DNA of 64,000 nucleotides, taken from positions 3,843-67,842 of the IMG/VR virus record IMGVR_UViG_3300030109_001381, one strand, 5' to 3'. The stretch comes from a virus. Made by a program: the position numbers and the translations under genes. The notes beneath the pieces are model-generated. The model was not told where the DNA came from and made no database searches. It saw only the letters and a program-made list of their open reading frames with translations. How positions within the stretch are numbered: position 1 is the stretch's first letter; each line of letters opens with the position of its first letter. Below, one piece after another: positions 31,045 through 40,262 of the stretch.

Positions 31045-32508
31045 ATGGCAGATAGTGACAAGATAATTACAATAACGCCCAATACTAGCGTAGCGACTAC
31101 GCACCCTGAGATTAAATTCGTAGGGAAGGATAACTCACCCATGTATCTGAGGGTGTTAGATGACAATACTCTTTCCTTTGAGGGAATAGAAGGGCAAGTA
31201 TTTGCAATGAGTCCCACTATGTCAAGTGGGGATATCTTCAGCGTAAACGATATTTCAGGAATACAAAGCATGGTAGTAAATGCTGATGGAACTGTAACGA
31301 TAGATGCTCAGACTAAATCAACTACGATAAAGAACAATGCATCTAACACGGCTACTCTCATTCTTTCTAATAATAATGCAGACGCAGTTGATGGGCCAAT
31401 ATTGGAATTCTTCAGAGATACTGCTTCACCCGCAGATAACGACCACATGGGAAGTCTAGTCTTCACAGGTAGAGATGATGCTGGGAACAAGCAAGAGTAT
31501 GGTAGGATAACCATGCATAACGATGATGCTACTGCGGCATCTAATGGTGGGGAGTTAGTATTCAAACTCACAGAGGCAAATTCCGATGAGCAGGAATACA
31601 TGAGACTACGAGCGGCTTCTAGGCAGATTGAATTAAACACACAACAGGATGACATAGACCTGACTTGGAATTCTGATAGTGCCGCAGATGTCTTTTATTG
31701 TAATGCTGGCACTTCACGAATCGGAATAGGAACTAGTAGTCCTGAGACTCTATTGAATGTGGATAACGGCACAATACAAATAGGACTACAAGCAGATGAT
31801 TTCTACACTCAACTTGGAAACAATGCTTTGATGTTCCATAGAGGTGCGGCATCTTACATTGACCAACAAACAGATGATGGTGACATACGGTTCAGAATGA
31901 ATGCCGCTAATGATGACTTGATGATGTTAGATGGAAGTGCGATGAGGGTCGGAATAGGCACTACTGCACCGGAGGCTAAATTGGAGATAGAGCAAACTGA
32001 TGGAGCAGTTCACGGTTTGAAAGTGTATAGGAATGATTCAAGCACATCTACTCCATTGGTCTATATGCACGATGACAGTCAATATGTAGATAATCCTACT
32101 CTTCATGTAAAGAACGATAGAACAGACCAATATCAATTTGCGGCTGTTTTTGAAGGAAATGTTGGTATAAACAATACTGCTCCTGAAATAGCATTTGAAG
32201 TGCAAGGTGCGGGTGCAATAACTAGAACTGAGATAGTTGCTATATCTAGCAACACGAATCTATCAGGTGTCACTCATGCAGGTAGGTTATTACATTGCAC
32301 TTCTGCTTGCACACTAAGCCTTCAAGCAACACCAACCGCAGGTGAGCAACAAATTATCTACAACGATTCAACAGGAACAATTACTATTTCTGCTAATGGT
32401 AGCGATACGATAAATGGCAGTACGAATGATATCACAATTACCAGCCGATACAAGGCAGTTACGGTCATTGCTATTAGCGCATCTGCTTGGTTGGCAATAG
32501 GTGCTTGA
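31045..32508 (+). CDS. Tail-fibre-like protein
   Basis: Repeated 'RIGIGTSSP/RVGIGTTAP/NVGINNTAP' fibre motifs; C-terminal 'GSDTING...W' domain. Confidence 0.7.
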   Translation: MADSDKIITITPNTSVATTHPEIKFVGKDNSPMYLRVLDDNTLSFEGIEGQVFAMSPTMSSGDIFSVNDISGIQSMVVNADGTVTIDAQTKSTTIKNNASNTATLILSNNNADAVDGPILEFFRDTASPADNDHMGSLVFTGRDDAGNKQEYGRITMHNDDATAASNGGELVFKLTEANSDEQEYMRLRAASRQIELNTQQDDIDLTWNSDSAADVFYCNAGTSRIGIGTSSPETLLNVDNGTIQIGLQADDFYTQLGNNALMFHRGAASYIDQQTDDGDIRFRMNAANDDLMMLDGSAMRVGIGTTAPEAKLEIEQTDGAVHGLKVYRNDSSTSTPLVYMHDDSQYVDNPTLHVKNDRTDQYQFAAVFEGNVGINNTAPEIAFEVQGAGAITRTEIVAISSNTNLSGVTHAGRLLHCTSACTLSLQATPTAGEQQIIYNDSTGTITISANGSDTINGSTNDITITSRYKAVTVIAISASAWLAIGA

Positions 32509-32510
32509 GT

Positions 32511-33374
32511 ATGGTTCTACCTATTGTATTAGGAACAATAGCACAAGGTGATGCTGATGGTTCTGATACACCTGTTGTCGTTACTGGTGGAACGAAGATG
32601 TATCTTATGGATGCACTAGGTGATGATAATGTCTATGAATATACTTTATCAACTGCATGGGATTTGTCAACTGCATCTTATACTGCGGTATATGAGAATA
32701 CAGATGCAGATACAGGTGACGGATTACCAAGAGAATTCGCTATTACACACGATGGTCTTCATGGTTACATTGTAGGTAATAGCCAAGACCATATTGATAG
32801 ATTCACTTTAGGAACTGCTTGGGACATTACAACATTAAATCATCAAGAAGACTTAGATATTAGCGGAAAGGAGTTTCATCCTTATGGTTTAGAAATCAAA
32901 GGAGATGGAACTAGTGTTTATGTCATAGGATATAGTAGTGATAAGATACATCAATGGAATATGTCTACTGCCAATGACCTATCTACTGCCAGTTATCATG
33001 GTTATCTTTCAACTAGTTCCCAAAGTAATGCGGCGGGTGGGTTAGGTTTCAGCAAAAACGGAACTAAGGTGTATGTGGCTGACCAACTAGGAGATGATAT
33101 TCATGAATATACACTTAGCACCGCTTGGGATATTACTACAGGAAGTCACATTAACACATTAGATGTGAGTGCTAAAGAAGCAACCGTTAATGGTTGTGCA
33201 ATAAGTAGCACCGGAGTAGAACTATACATCTTCGGTAGCACTTCTGATTCAGTTCATCAATATACCCTTTCAACTGCTTATGATATTTCAACTGCTTCTT
33301 TCACCCATACGCTTGATGTGTCAGGCAAATCTACTTTCGGACAGAGCGTTTGTTTCAACATGGAAGATGTTTAG
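32511..33374 (+). CDS. Beta-propeller repeat protein
   Basis: About 5 repeats of 'G.k.Y........i.eYtLSTAWDi.T', spaced roughly 50 aa apart. Confidence 0.7.
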   Translation: MVLPIVLGTIAQGDADGSDTPVVVTGGTKMYLMDALGDDNVYEYTLSTAWDLSTASYTAVYENTDADTGDGLPREFAITHDGLHGYIVGNSQDHIDRFTLGTAWDITTLNHQEDLDISGKEFHPYGLEIKGDGTSVYVIGYSSDKIHQWNMSTANDLSTASYHGYLSTSSQSNAAGGLGFSKNGTKVYVADQLGDDIHEYTLSTAWDITTGSHINTLDVSAKEATVNGCAISSTGVELYIFGSTSDSVHQYTLSTAYDISTASFTHTLDVSGKSTFGQSVCFNMEDV

Positions 33375-33384
33375 AATAAATCGT

Positions 33385-33421
33385 AGTTCCACCAACGGAA
33401 CTTAGTCAATTTAATTTTTTT
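33385..33421 (+). terminator. Hairpin plus T-tract at the convergence point of the two gene blocks
   Basis: AGTTCC-ACCAAC-GGAACT followed by TTTAATTTTTTT, just after the last + strand gene. Confidence 0.5.
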
Positions 33422-33560
33422 GAGTGGTAAGTTTTTTTCCATATAATCTCTCACAAGTGGCACAATAAGTGAATGATTTCCTAGTCATTCTACGCCTACA
33501 CCTAGCGCATTTGTATTCTTCACCGAGTAATCTCAAAATGAAACCCCATTGTAAATACAT
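33411..33560 (-). CDS. Zinc-finger microprotein (49 aa; not in the ORF track)
   Basis: MYLQWGFILRLLGEEYKCARCRRRMTRKSFTYCATCERLYGKKLTTQKN; two CxxC pairs. Confidence 0.5.
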   Translation of the reverse strand: MYLQWGFILRLLGEEYKCARCRRRMTRKSFTYCATCERLYGKKLTTQKN

Positions 33561-33586
33561 TTTCTAAATATCGCTTTTACCCCACC

Positions 33587-33769
33587 TTAAAGAGAATGCT
33601 TTTTCGCAGAACGCATGGCAAGGATATCGAGTCGTCCTAACCACAGAATTGTACCCATACCAAGCACCATTAGGTAGGGAACATAGAAATCGAATGGGAT
33701 AGTAATTGATAGATTTTCAATTGATGCAATTGCGAAATACATGTCTATCACCAATTCACTCACCTTCAT
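33587..33769 (-). CDS. Small membrane protein
   Basis: 60 aa with a hydrophobic segment 'FYVPYLMVLGMGTILWLG' and a basic C-terminus. Confidence 0.5.
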   Translation of the reverse strand: MKVSELVIDMYFAIASIENLSITIPFDFYVPYLMVLGMGTILWLGRLDILAMRSAKKHSL

Positions 33770-33870
33770 TCATTGAATTGACTTAACCATCTCCATTCTT
33801 GGAGAATTAAATATATGAAAAGACTACCTAGTGCGGTTAAACTAGACATGACAATAATAAGACCCATCAT
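33766..33870 (-). CDS. Single-TM microprotein (34 aa; not in the ORF track)
   Basis: MMGLIIVMSSLTALGSLFIYLILQEWRWLSQFNE; ATGA overlaps with both neighbours. Confidence 0.5.
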   Translation of the reverse strand: MMGLIIVMSSLTALGSLFIYLILQEWRWLSQFNE

Positions 33871-34127
33871 GCACCTAGTTCGTTGTTTCTAACAATTTGA
33901 CAACAGAAGCGAATTTTCTGTGTTGAATGTAATTTCCAAAAGTGGTCTTCTTCCACCTTGAACCTCTGCTCTATGTATTCACAAAGTTCCTTCCTACTCA
34001 TGGTTTCAAAGTCACCATCTATTTCTAATCCGAGAACTGGCCCTGTTTCATGTATGAGTTTTCTATCTAACCAAACATAGGTATTGCCCATGAAAGATAG
34101 AAGTTTCTTAATTACCCATTGTCTCAC
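33867..34127 (-). CDS. Hypothetical protein
   Basis: 86 aa; GTG start after GGAGA; coupled to the next ORF. Confidence 0.5.
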   Translation of the reverse strand: MRQWVIKKLLSFMGNTYVWLDRKLIHETGPVLGLEIDGDFETMSRKELCEYIEQRFKVEEDHFWKLHSTQKIRFCCQIVRNNELGA

Positions 34128-34294
34128 GATACATCTCTCCTTGGTTGTAAAATATGCTGAAATCTATTCTTGTGGTGTAAATCATTTGACCTGTGCCACC
34201 CAGTATTCCCAGTCCCAATCAGGATGTTTCTTCATCATCGAATCAATATGCCTATCTTTCTCATTAGCCACTCCGTCTTCCTCCCGACATCCAT

Positions 34295-34313
34295 TGGTGT
34301 AGAATCTACACCA
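34295..34313. repeat. Perfect palindrome TGGTGTAGA-A-TCTACACCA
   Basis: 9-bp arms with a 1-nt spacer at the edge of an AT-rich non-coding stretch. Confidence 0.7.
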
Positions 34314-34540
34314 TCTAGTATTTCTACATTAGGAAAGTTTGCGCAAAGAAAACCAAGAAATTTAATTCGGAAATCTATGGAATTAAATTCTAGGGTCAAA
34401 ATATTGTTTATGATTTTTATTTTTGATTTGACACTATAAATACCCTCAGATTTTCGTTCTTTTTATTAACATTTATTTCTGAAGTGGGAGTTTAATCGCA
34501 TATGCTAAATCTGCATACTCAAATTTTGCGAAATTTTTTT

Positions 34541-34626
34541 GAAGACCATAGGCGAAGTTTCCAAAAGTAGGTTGTTTCCGAACTTTTCACGCACTACTTT
34601 TTTCGTTTTCTTTGCCTATGGCCTTC
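34541..34626. repeat. Long imperfect inverted repeat/hairpin
   Basis: Outer arms GAAGACCATAGGCGAAG / CTTTGCCTATGGCCTTC match at 15 of 17 positions; inner arms are AAAAGTAG / CTACTTTT. Confidence 0.7.
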
Positions 34627-34757
34627 TATGTCCACAGTCCCTTACATTTTCTACATTGCCAAATCTTGATTTTTTCTGAACTGCCAATATAGTGTCCACT
34701 AATCCTCAATGCAATAGTGTCTGTTCCGCAGAACTTACACCTTTCGCGTAGGGTCAT
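34626..34757 (-). CDS. TFIIS/RpoM-type zinc-ribbon microprotein (43 aa; not in the ORF track)
   Basis: MTLRERCKFCGTDTIALRISGHYIGSSEKIKIWQCRKCKGLWT, i.e. C-x2-C-x24-C-x2-C-x3-W. Confidence 0.6.
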   Translation of the reverse strand: MTLRERCKFCGTDTIALRISGHYIGSSEKIKIWQCRKCKGLWT

Positions 34758-34914
34758 ACGGAGTCCTCGCGTTTTCTTCATCAATCAGTCGTTCCATATA
34801 CTCATCTATTCCTGACTCGCTATATTTGGAACCACCAAATGCGGCGAAGAATAGAAGGGACATTCCGATGACAAAGATGCACCACGCGATTATCTCCCAT
34901 GTGGACAAAGCCAT
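34735..34914 (-). CDS. Small membrane protein
   Basis: Likely start MALSTWEII (TAATG overlap); one TM helix 'IIAWCIFVIGMSLLFFAAFG'. Confidence 0.6.
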   Translation of the reverse strand: MALSTWEIIAWCIFVIGMSLLFFAAFGGSKYSESGIDEYMERLIDEENARTPYDPTRKV

Positions 34915-35507
34915 TACCAATTCACCTCCAAATCTTTCTCGATACCTTCCTCTATTGAGAACCCCTTCACTAGGTTGTTCTCTTGACCATACTTCCAAAG
35001 GTCGTAAACTAGTTCACAATCTTTCAGACAGTATTCTGCTACTTCGGCATAACCGCCAGCCTTCCAAACTACAGGTGCATCAGCACTATCCATCAGTTTG
35101 TCTGCACCTAGCGTATGCTGAACAAGATTAGAGAGTGAATACCTTTCACCGTGAGCCTTGTTCAAGGCGAAACTAGTATCTATGTATGCTTTCTTATCGA
35201 AGTATTCCTTGATACAATAGATGTCCATTGCATCTTTGAGAACTCGTAGGTCGAACCCTGCAATATTGTGACCTAACAACTTACCACCTTTCTGAAGATG
35301 GTCATCTAGGTCAAACTTCAATTGTGACAATGGCTTTACTTGGACGTTGCTTTTCTTCAAGTCGTCTACAGATTTGTCAATGTATATGTTTCCTACATCC
35401 CCATCCCAAGTGCATACTGTAGACACTCTGAACATGTGGGTATTATCCCAACCTCCAATTTCATGAGAGAAATTTTTGGTTTCAATATCTAACGCTAGAA
35501 CACTCAT
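34914..35507 (-). CDS. DEDD-family (RNase H-like) 3'-5' exonuclease
   Basis: ExoI 'LDIET', ExoII 'GHNIAGFDL', ExoIII 'YCLKD'. Confidence 0.85.
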   Translation of the reverse strand: MSVLALDIETKNFSHEIGGWDNTHMFRVSTVCTWDGDVGNIYIDKSVDDLKKSNVQVKPLSQLKFDLDDHLQKGGKLLGHNIAGFDLRVLKDAMDIYCIKEYFDKKAYIDTSFALNKAHGERYSLSNLVQHTLGADKLMDSADAPVVWKAGGYAEVAEYCLKDCELVYDLWKYGQENNLVKGFSIEEGIEKDLEVNW

Positions 35508-35509
35508 GC

Positions 35510-35758
35510 CTATTCCTCGTCTGACCACAGTTTAGCAATCTTAGACTTCTCGGAACTTGCAGGGTCGGGAGCATTCACAAAACTCTTCTTGACAAACCAC
35601 TTCACTATCTTGGATGTCCCATTATTACCTACAACAATGGTTGAACATACGAGCCACCCATTGGCTCCTTCGTTATTCAGAGCCTCGGTAATCACCTTTG
35701 GCCCCGATGTTTCATCAAAAATCATGTATTTGTATTCATACGTTTCATTATAGTTCAT
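35510..35758 (-). CDS. DUF4177-like small protein
   Basis: 'YEYKY...LNNEGANGWLV' pattern. Confidence 0.55.
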   Translation of the reverse strand: MNYNETYEYKYMIFDETSGPKVITEALNNEGANGWLVCSTIVVGNNGTSKIVKWFVKKSFVNAPDPASSEKSKIAKLWSDEE

Positions 35759-37254
35759 TTCTTACCCTCCTTCATAAATTCCGGTTTTAGTTTGAGATAG
35801 TAACTAACATTTACCTTCTGTTCCAAGAACATATCTTTTACATCAGGGAAATAGCGATACACAGTTTGTTCGCTTTTCTTAGTTATTCCTTCAACCTCCT
35901 TCAATAGCCTTGTTTTGTGAACAAATCCTTTATCGTTAGCAAGTCCCTTCTTTATTGCTGAGTGATACCCCTTAATGAAAACTTCTGCGTAAGTTTTGTT
36001 CTTGATTTCACTCCTTGTCTCCTTTAGGGACTGGTCTAACCACACTACAAGAGACTTATAGCATTGTCGAACTAGGTTTGAGGCTTGTCTGATGTGCTTT
36101 TCTGTCACTACATACCTCATTTCCTTCTTCCTCATTGTTGCTGATTCAACAACGCATGACAAAACTGCAAGTCTTACCATAGTTACTTGCATTCTAGTGA
36201 TGAAGTTGTTCGCTATAGCCATAATTGCAGGTCTAGTACGGTGAACATAGTGCTGAAACTTCCAAGTTTCGTTGTAAAGAGCATCATTGAATCCCTTTCC
36301 AAACTTAACAGTTTCATAAGCATCTCCACCTACTTCGTCAAACCTTTTCTTTAACTGAGAGTATATCTTGATGATTTCGTTGCCAAACTGCACAACGGGA
36401 AGTTCACTATTACTCCTAGTTCCAAATTCATATGCTAACTGACTTCGCATCTCATTCTGCTCATCAATTGGAACCTTTCTAATGAACATCAAACACCTTT
36501 GGAAGATACCCGTATCAGCAATCATCTTTGGCAGTTGATTAGGAATGTAGGACATGCCTATCATTCCTCTCCTGCATCGACATTCCAATACTCCACCTTC
36601 TCGCAATTGTTTCGTAATGACCCAATTGTGTCCATGTAGTGAGTTCATCATAGTATTCAGATACAATATTACGTTCTTATTGTGTTGTGTAGGTTTGAAG
36701 ACACCCGAATTCTCAAACTCATCATAGAGTAACAATCCGCTTCCTTCTAAACCACCGGGGATAACTTCAGGCACACGCATTGTTCTTGTGCCACCATCAT
36801 CATCCTCAACAACCTCATCAACCATGTTTACTGAACCAATCAATGCCGCATCTGTTACTTCCTTAACATCGAACACATCAAAGTTAGTTCCGAACTTTTC
36901 ATTCAGTTCTCTATATACATAGTTAGTAACTGGAATGTAAAAGTTCATCATTTCTGATTTACCCGTTCCAGAAGTTTGTAGCCATACAATATGTGGCCGA
37001 GTGTCTTCACTTCTTCTTCCGCTTGGTATCTTTACCATGTCCTTAGTGAGACTTCCTATTATCCCATAGTAAATGAGAGCCGCAGGGACTTCATTATTCT
37101 TAGAGACTTCAGATGCACTTGCAACACAATCTTCCACCGCTTTAGGCAAAACACTAGTTCTCCTTGGTTTTAGTTCCCCTCCACCTAGAGACTCGTAGTA
37201 TAGCCTATCTTCTTCGTCAATTATTCCTATTTCCATATCTTCATTTTCTTCCAT
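35755..37254 (-). CDS. Divergent MCM-like AAA+ ATPase (putative replicative helicase)
   Basis: Walker A 'SGTGKS', MCM-like 'TDAALIGSV', Walker B 'LLYDEF', C-terminal winged-helix-like region; next to primase and nuclease. Confidence 0.65.
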   Translation of the reverse strand: MEENEDMEIGIIDEEDRLYYESLGGGELKPRRTSVLPKAVEDCVASASEVSKNNEVPAALIYYGIIGSLTKDMVKIPSGRRSEDTRPHIVWLQTSGTGKSEMMNFYIPVTNYVYRELNEKFGTNFDVFDVKEVTDAALIGSVNMVDEVVEDDDGGTRTMRVPEVIPGGLEGSGLLLYDEFENSGVFKPTQHNKNVILYLNTMMNSLHGHNWVITKQLREGGVLECRCRRGMIGMSYIPNQLPKMIADTGIFQRCLMFIRKVPIDEQNEMRSQLAYEFGTRSNSELPVVQFGNEIIKIYSQLKKRFDEVGGDAYETVKFGKGFNDALYNETWKFQHYVHRTRPAIMAIANNFITRMQVTMVRLAVLSCVVESATMRKKEMRYVVTEKHIRQASNLVRQCYKSLVVWLDQSLKETRSEIKNKTYAEVFIKGYHSAIKKGLANDKGFVHKTRLLKEVEGITKKSEQTVYRYFPDVKDMFLEQKVNVSYYLKLKPEFMKEGKK

Positions 37255-37964
37255 TATATCACCATCTTTTCTTCAGCATTCAAGGTCTGATGAATCCTTG
37301 TTGCCAGTACGATTCCAAAACCATCTAAGGTTGCTATCTCTTTTGGTTTGGTTTCTCCTAACTCCATTATGGAGCCGTATCTATCAATTAGGGCTTTAGC
37401 CTTTTTATGACTAACTCCCTTGATTGTAGATAGCACATCAATTCTCAAATCTTCTGTGCTTATCTTCTTCTTTCTAATCATGCTAGGACTGTAGACCGCC
37501 CTATCATGTGGTTGCATCTTGCACATCAAACATATACGTTCAGCCGCTTGTTTCGCGTCTTTACACTCTATCAATGTGCAATCTAAATCTAACAATATTC
37601 TACCAATTGATGCTAGATATTTTCTTTTCATTGCAGTTCGCATGTTTCTCAATTTCCAATTGGGGTCTTTTACATACGATACAAACTCCTTGTATCCTTG
37701 ATTGAAAGACCCATGCAAAACAATGTAGTTATTCGGGTATGCTCTATCCATGTTGTCCAATTGATTCCACAATCTTTTATTGTGAATAGACTGCATAAAA
37801 TCAAAGGATGATTTGGCTTCTATACAAATGTCTCCAAATACATAGTCACCAATTTCTAACCATTTCTTCTCAGTTAGAATACTCATTTCCTTGGCTAGGT
37901 CAGTAACCTCAGTAGTCAATTCTGAATTTTCTCTACTATCAATTACTATCTTCGCCATCATCAT
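37254..37964 (-). CDS. ERCC4/XPF (Hef-like) structure-specific endonuclease with HhH motifs
   Basis: 'IVIDSRE', 'LEIGDY', 'IEAKSSFDF', 'RLWNQL'; HhH motifs 'IKGVSHKKA' and 'LDGFGIVLA'. Confidence 0.9.
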   Translation of the reverse strand: MMMAKIVIDSRENSELTTEVTDLAKEMSILTEKKWLEIGDYVFGDICIEAKSSFDFMQSIHNKRLWNQLDNMDRAYPNNYIVLHGSFNQGYKEFVSYVKDPNWKLRNMRTAMKRKYLASIGRILLDLDCTLIECKDAKQAAERICLMCKMQPHDRAVYSPSMIRKKKISTEDLRIDVLSTIKGVSHKKAKALIDRYGSIMELGETKPKEIATLDGFGIVLATRIHQTLNAEEKMVI

Positions 37965-38949
37965 ACCTCCAACATTTACCCGGACATCCTACCTCTTGCA
38001 TCAGAGTATGACACCCTGCCGCATGATATCCTTTGCGAACCATGCCTGTTACATATTTCTTAGTAACCCCCGGATTCCAATCTAACCAAACATCCTCATG
38101 TTCAGCAATAGTTTCTAGTTCATCCATAATCATCTCAATGATTCTATCTTGTTGCTCATAAGGAACTGACCTTTCTCCCGATGCTAGGATGTCTCTATAC
38201 CACATTACTAAATGAACTCTAGCAGAATGGCTTGGGTTCTGAACCATAATTGCATTGTGCAAACAAGGAACTATCGGTAGTCTACCAATTGGTTCGGGTA
38301 CTTCAATCTCTACTTCTGCCATCTTTAGTGGAACTACATCCGGCCATTGAATCAGACTTTCACCTGTTACAGGGTCAAATGCTCTTGGTTTCTTAGCCAA
38401 CTCAAGAATATCTTCTATTGGTAGAAACCACTCAGATTCCCGAAGTGGAATACAATATCTCTCACAAGACATGTTGAGAGTATTTGGTATCCTACGAAGT
38501 CTAGTAGTTTGGACTCCACTACTATCAAGTGTAGGATGACCTTCTGCTAATGCGTAGAAATACTGTTGTATCTTTCTAATATTCTCCGCACCCGTCATTG
38601 ATTCCCCGTAAGCAATAATGTGAAAGCCCTTACCGGAGAAATATGTTCGTTGCATTATACCATCTTTCTTTAGGGTATTAGCAATCTTTGCGAAATCCAC
38701 CTGCGCTTTCTCTAGGGGTTCACCATGAGCATCAAAATCCAAGAAGATTCTATCAAGAATCACAGATGAATCTATCTTGGTATTCTCATTAACTACTGCA
38801 AAATCATAGATGGTAGAATAGCAATTCATGAATCCATTATGGGATGTTATGAATTCATTGAATTCTTCTCTATTCATTACTATCTTTCTTGCTGGTTGTC
38901 TTGCCCTTCTTAGGTGACTTCCTGCCCACACTTCCCTCGGAAACTTCAT
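37939..38949 (-). CDS. Archaeo-eukaryotic primase, PriS-PriL(CTD) fusion
   Basis: PriS motifs 'FLDFD' and 'FSGKGFH', 'RLRRIPNTLN'; PriL Fe-S-like C-terminus 'PCL...HSARVHL...GC..L...CPGKC'. Confidence 0.85.
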   Translation of the reverse strand: MKFPREVWAGSHLRRARQPARKIVMNREEFNEFITSHNGFMNCYSTIYDFAVVNENTKIDSSVILDRIFLDFDAHGEPLEKAQVDFAKIANTLKKDGIMQRTYFSGKGFHIIAYGESMTGAENIRKIQQYFYALAEGHPTLDSSGVQTTRLRRIPNTLNMSCERYCIPLRESEWFLPIEDILELAKKPRAFDPVTGESLIQWPDVVPLKMAEVEIEVPEPIGRLPIVPCLHNAIMVQNPSHSARVHLVMWYRDILASGERSVPYEQQDRIIEMIMDELETIAEHEDVWLDWNPGVTKKYVTGMVRKGYHAAGCHTLMQEVGCPGKCWRYDDGEDSN

Positions 38950-39277
38950 TGGTATCTACCTCCTTTTGGTAATTAAAATTCACATTCGCATTCATCAGTT
39001 CTATTTTCACTATGGCGATTACATTAGTAGTTAGTTCTTGTTCGACCAAACCTTGGAACAATGCTGAAAATGGCATTGGTATTGGCTCGTTATCTAACGT
39101 ATTGTAGGACATTGCATGATTTGTTTCACTATCCCAAACCAACTCCAATTTATCTTTAGCAGATAATTCATCATTAAGAACTCCTACCATACTTTGCACT
39201 ACTAGATTTATGTTTTGCAAATCTGCAAACGTCCAATCTTTTTCACTTAACATTTCTTTTACTTTTTTCGCTATCAT
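38870..39277 (-). CDS. Hypothetical protein
   Basis: 135 aa within the tightly packed operon. Confidence 0.55.
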   Translation of the reverse strand: MIAKKVKEMLSEKDWTFADLQNINLVVQSMVGVLNDELSAKDKLELVWDSETNHAMSYNTLDNEPIPMPFSALFQGLVEQELTTNVIAIVKIELMNANVNFNYQKEVDTNEVSEGSVGRKSPKKGKTTSKKDSNE

Positions 39278-39387
39278 TATTCTTCCTCTTTTATTTGTTT
39301 TTCAATGCATTCTTGGCAATATCTCTGTCCCGGCGGAACGAAGATTTGCTTACAATCTTCACACCTAACGGAGACTATGCCATTCAT
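39277..39387 (-). CDS. Zinc-finger microprotein (36 aa; not in the ORF track)
   Basis: MNGIVSVRCEDCKQIFVPPGQRYCQECIEKQIKEEE; fills the gap exactly. Confidence 0.55.
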   Translation of the reverse strand: MNGIVSVRCEDCKQIFVPPGQRYCQECIEKQIKEEE

Positions 39388-40262
39388 ATGTCAAACCACC
39401 CTGCATTATCTGCGGCATCACATATGGAGTAATAACTACAATACGCTGGACAAGTCCTTTCGTTATACTCCGGTTCCCATGTTTCCTCTTCATATGCTTT
39501 CAATAACTCTACTACATTTTTTAGCATACCAGTCATTGAAACCTTCTTTACTTTCTCATAAACGAACACATCATTCTTCGGGAAATACCATGCCCAATGG
39601 GTAATTTCTTTATCAGGGTCCAACCCTAGTTTTACCTTATCTTCCCTTGATGTGTTATCAAACAACCATTTGTAGAAAGCCATTTCCTTTCTCATACTAG
39701 TTGCTTTGTGTTTTCCCCACTTTCCTGTTTTGAATTCGACAGGAACATATCCTTGCTCCTCCTCAAACATCCTATCAATGATTCCTTGCAAATGAATTGT
39801 ATGGTCATAACGAAGAGGCAGGTGAGACTCATCTCTCCTGATGACAACTTCGGCATCCAATGTCGCTTCATTTATTACAGGTAAAAATGAATCTAGAGTT
39901 CCTTCACTTCTAGAATCAATAAAACGGTTGGTTTCCCAAGCCGCCATAGTGTGATAGAAATCAGTATAATCATCAATTGGGAATAGGCTCAAGGCATAGT
40001 CTTGTATTTCCAAGGGAGACATAGTTTCTGCTTTCTTAACATCAAAGTCATTATACCAATCCTCATATGCATTGTGCATGATACTACCTGCCATCATTGC
40101 TTCAGAAGTATCTTGAGGCAATTTCTGTAGATAGTTAAAATCATATTGTTTTGGACACCACTTGAAAGAACCAATCAAAGATGATTTGGTTATTTTCAAT
40201 ATAGGTAAATCCTCATTGGCAGTTGCTTGTTTTGCGTCATAATTGTATGTGTATTCTCTCAT
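39384..40262 (-). CDS. Cas4/RecB-like PD-(D/E)xK nuclease with Fe-S cysteines
   Basis: 'CPKQY...GSIMH', 'GIIDR', 'VEFKTG', C-terminal 'CPAYCSYYSIC'. Confidence 0.85.
   Translation of the reverse strand: MREYTYNYDAKQATANEDLPILKITKSSLIGSFKWCPKQYDFNYLQKLPQDTSEAMMAGSIMHNAYEDWYNDFDVKKAETMSPLEIQDYALSLFPIDDYTDFYHTMAAWETNRFIDSRSEGTLDSFLPVINEATLDAEVVIRRDESHLPLRYDHTIHLQGIIDRMFEEEQGYVPVEFKTGKWGKHKATSMRKEMAFYKWLFDNTSREDKVKLGLDPDKEITHWAWYFPKNDVFVYEKVKKVSMTGMLKNVVELLKAYEEETWEPEYNERTCPAYCSYYSICDAADNAGWFDI

Noticed and set aside
465-31655. Many antisense ORFs under the structural genes, and + strand ORFs under the replication genes
   Set aside because: They are shadows of codon bias in the long real genes, lack RBSs and motifs, and are fully overlapped.
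17803-33374. Diversity-generating retroelement acting on the fibre genes
   Set aside because: No reverse transcriptase and no near-identical TR/VR pair with adenine-specific differences seen; the repeats differ at synonymous sites.
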